From positions 64,001 through 128,000 of the forward strand of contig JBHJGN010000023.1 of the NCBI GenBank assembly GCA_050331735.1: DNA of 64,000 nucleotides. Direction: 5' to 3'. The position numbers and the translations under genes are program-made. Of this stretch, positions 61,671 to 64,000 are shown piece after piece (the first letter of the stretch is position 1; each line of letters opens with the position of its first letter). This DNA is from Cyanophyceae cyanobacterium. GTDB taxonomy: Bacteria > Cyanobacteriota > Cyanobacteriia > Cyanobacteriales > JBHJGN01. The notes beneath the pieces are model-generated. The model did no database searches. It saw nothing but the letters and a program-made list of their open reading frames with translations, and had not been told where the DNA came from.

Positions 61671-62723
61671 TTACGATTCCTTCAGTTTCTGTTTGGCTTT
61701 CGCAATGCGTTCCTCAGCAAGTGCTTGAGCCGCTTCAAAGTTACTAATTCCCCGGCTTTCAGCCAGGGTGAATATCTCCAGTAACGTGTTGTAAATCCCG
61801 TTGAGCTGCACAAACGCCTTGGCTTCGTCGTAGCCAATCATTTCGTTGTAGACGTTGATTAAGCCTCCAGCGTTAATAACGTAGTCGGGGCAGTACAGAA
61901 TGCCCTTGGCTCTGAGTAAACGGCTATGAAGCTGCTCGTCTTCAAGCTGGTTGTTTGCTGCGCCAGCAACGATTTTTGCTCGTAGTTGAGGAATAGTTGA
62001 GCTGTTAAGAACGCCCCCTAATGCACAGGGAGAGAAGACATCAACATTTTGGGAAAAAATTTGTTCTGGCGCAACAATTTCCGCACCATATAATCGCTTA
62101 ACTTCCTCTGTTTTTTGCGGATTAATATCGCAAACGGTGAGTTTGGCTCCCTGGTCGTGCAGCCGCTGGCAAACGTTTTTACCAACGTTTCCTAATCCCT
62201 GAACCGCAACTCTTAATCCGTCTATGTTTTGGCGGTGGAAGCGGTATTCCACAGCCGCTTTGATGCCAAACAAAACACCCGTTGCCGTGACCGGAGCTGG
62301 CCCACCAGACGCTTCTGACATGCCGACAACGTATTTGGTTTCGTGGCAAATTTCTCGGACATCTTCAGGAGTTAAATTAACATCTTGGCCTGTCACAAAG
62401 CGACCGTTTAATCGATTAATAAATCGGCCATAGGCTCTCAAAAGCTCGCTGGTTTTCTCCTTGGGATCAGCTATGATCACTGCTTTGCCCCCACCAACTG
62501 GAATATTGGCACAGGCAGCTTTATAGGTCATGCCTCGACTCAGACGCAGCGCGTCTCGCAAGGCATCTTCTTCACTAGCATAGGGCCAAAGACGAGTTGC
62601 TCCCATGGCTGAACCGAGTCCCGCATCATGAATAGCAATAATGGCTCTTAGATTGCAGTCTTGGTCATGGCAATAAAGAACCTGCTCGTGCCCCATATTT
62701 CTAACTGTTTCAAAAAGCTTCAC
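61671..62723 (-). CDS. scyB: Tryptophan dehydrogenase ScyB (Glu/Leu/Phe/Val dehydrogenase family)
   Basis: GHEQVLYC, LRLSRGMTYKAACANIPVGGGK, GLGNVG, GAANNQL, PDYVINAGG; between scyA and scyC; GTG start. Confidence 0.9.
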   Translation of the reverse strand: MKLFETVRNMGHEQVLYCHDQDCNLRAIIAIHDAGLGSAMGATRLWPYASEEDALRDALRLSRGMTYKAACANIPVGGGKAVIIADPKEKTSELLRAYGRFINRLNGRFVTGQDVNLTPEDVREICHETKYVVGMSEASGGPAPVTATGVLFGIKAAVEYRFHRQNIDGLRVAVQGLGNVGKNVCQRLHDQGAKLTVCDINPQKTEEVKRLYGAEIVAPEQIFSQNVDVFSPCALGGVLNSSTIPQLRAKIVAGAANNQLEDEQLHSRLLRAKGILYCPDYVINAGGLINVYNEMIGYDEAKAFVQLNGIYNTLLEIFTLAESRGISNFEAAQALAEERIAKAKQKLKES

Positions 62724-63034
62724 GCTGTTTTCCCCTGATTAATTCTGCTTTCGGTCTGTAGACAAAATGACGACCGAATAGCAGTAAAAATAAATAGAAC
62801 AAACTAGAGTCTTTATGGGCAGGTTTAATAAGCAAAACCCTACGCTTTTAACAAAATGTTATAGGAGGCAAAAGACGCTGCCAATGAACATTTTTTTGCT
62901 ACACGAATGAACATTCTTTCGGCAATGAACAATTTTCGGGTTGAGAGTTTTGTTAGTTGATTAATTTCGATTTATCTACCGATTAGCATCAGATTGCTGT
63001 TCCGTGTTGATGAATGCAGTCTATTGCTAATTTA

Positions 63035-63150
63035 GTCCCTACGGGACGGGGAAGGGGGAAAGGGAAAATTGTCCCTTTCGGGACGGGGAAAGGTTTAAGT
63101 CCCCCTTTCCCCGCGCCGCAGGCGCTTTTCCTTTTCCCGCCGTTTGGCGG
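63035..63150. repeat. Composite hairpin plus G/A-tract repeat after the scyA stop, modules on both strands
   Basis: GTCCC-TAC-GGGAC, GTCCC-TTTC-GGGAC and GCGCC-GCA-GGCGC with GGGGAAAGG/CCTTTCCCC tracts. Confidence 0.8.
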
Positions 63151-63164
63151 CTTGGCCTGCGGCC

Positions 63165-64000
63165 TCAGACGAGGGGAAAAGAAACCTGCTTTTCCTCGTG
63201 ATTGTCTTGAGGAGTCGTTTTGACTCCCTGAGCGCTGAGGCTCTTATTGCGTCCTTTAGAAGGGGCAAACCGAGTCGGATCGATGAGTACGTCTACCACA
63301 ACTGGACCCGCGGCGGCGATCGCCTGCTGCAAGGCTTCCGCTAGTCCAGCTTCGGCAGTGACGCGAATGCCCTGAGCGCCCATGCCGCGAGCAATCAGAC
63401 TAAAGTCTGTCTCCGGCAGCTTGGCGTCTGCCCCCGTCATGCCGAGCATTTGCATTCCCTGGTTGCACATATTGTAGTAAGCATCGTTGAGCACAATCCA
63501 TACGGCTGGAAGCTGATACTTAACGGCGGTGCTGATTTCACCACTGTTCATCAGCATGGCTCCGTCTCCGGCGATCGCCACCGCTTTGCCGTTGCGCCCT
63601 TGGGCAGCTCCCACAACGCCCGTGACGTTATGACCCATCGAGCCAACCCCAGTGCTGACGCGGTAGCGGTTCGGCTGGGGGAACCGGAGGAAATGAGTCG
63701 CCCAGGTAAAGGAGTTCCCCGATTCTGCCAGCACTACCGCATCGCTGCCTTCCACGACCACGCGCTGAATAGCCTCCATGAGGATTTCTGGGCGCACCAA
63801 GTTGCTCTCTGCTAGGGTAATATCGTCTTTCTCGGGAGTGGGAAACGCTCCTGGTTCTGACGGAGGCAAATGATTCAGTAGTGCCTGCACAAAGACGTCG
63901 GCATCGGCGATCACAGGATAGGTTTGGGCAAACGGATAGGCGACACCAGGAACTTTCGGATCGATATCAACATGAATAAATCCTTTGGCAGGAACCATCT
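63165..64000 (-). CDS. scyA: ThDP-dependent acyloin synthase ScyA, C-terminal part (5' end beyond the window)
   Basis: HVDIDP.VPGVAYP, AESGNSFTWA, GDGAMLM..N ThDP motif, YNMCNQGM; upstream of scyB and scyC. Confidence 0.9.
   Translation of the reverse strand, partial: MVPAKGFIHVDIDPKVPGVAYPFAQTYPVIADADVFVQALLNHLPPSEPGAFPTPEKDDITLAESNLVRPEILMEAIQRVVVEGSDAVVLAESGNSFTWATHFLRFPQPNRYRVSTGVGSMGHNVTGVVGAAQGRNGKAVAIAGDGAMLMNSGEISTAVKYQLPAVWIVLNDAYYNMCNQGMQMLGMTGADAKLPETDFSLIARGMGAQGIRVTAEAGLAEALQQAIAAAGPVVVDVLIDPTRFAPSKGRNKSLSAQGVKTTPQDNHEEKQVSFPLV

Noticed and set aside
63014..63223. 69-aa ORF (GRGRGKGK-rich) and similar ORFs at 14023-14307 and 56348-56644
   Set aside because: Translations of the G/A-tract repeat, not credible genes

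Overview
Cyanobacterial chromosomal window, judged from the very frequent HIP1 octamer GCGATCGC, ndhH, ftsH2, CpcD-type petH and prk. It has three zones. (1) 1-23.4 kb: mostly conserved housekeeping and photosynthesis genes, plus an FHA-MshEN-like fusion and a small AT-rich island holding a decayed PrlF/YhaV-type toxin-antitoxin pair. (2) 23.5-48.4 kb: a ~25 kb surface-glycan cluster with Wzm/Wzt ABC export, a Wzy-like membrane protein, about ten glycosyltransferases, two sulfotransferases, four methyltransferases, and an oppositely oriented YdcF-GT4-STELLO cassette. (3) 50.6-64 kb: a scytonemin cluster in the compact order scyA(partial)-scyB-scyC-divergent scyF-like PEP-CTERM gene-eboABCDEF-trpF, with no scyD or scyE inside the window. 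A dispersed modular repeat (short GC hairpin plus G/A tract, often a canonical G-quadruplex motif) and heptamer tandem repeats occupy intergenic regions and form several protein C-termini. No rRNA, tRNA, CRISPR array or transposase was recognised. All product calls come from motif recognition by eye, not database searches.
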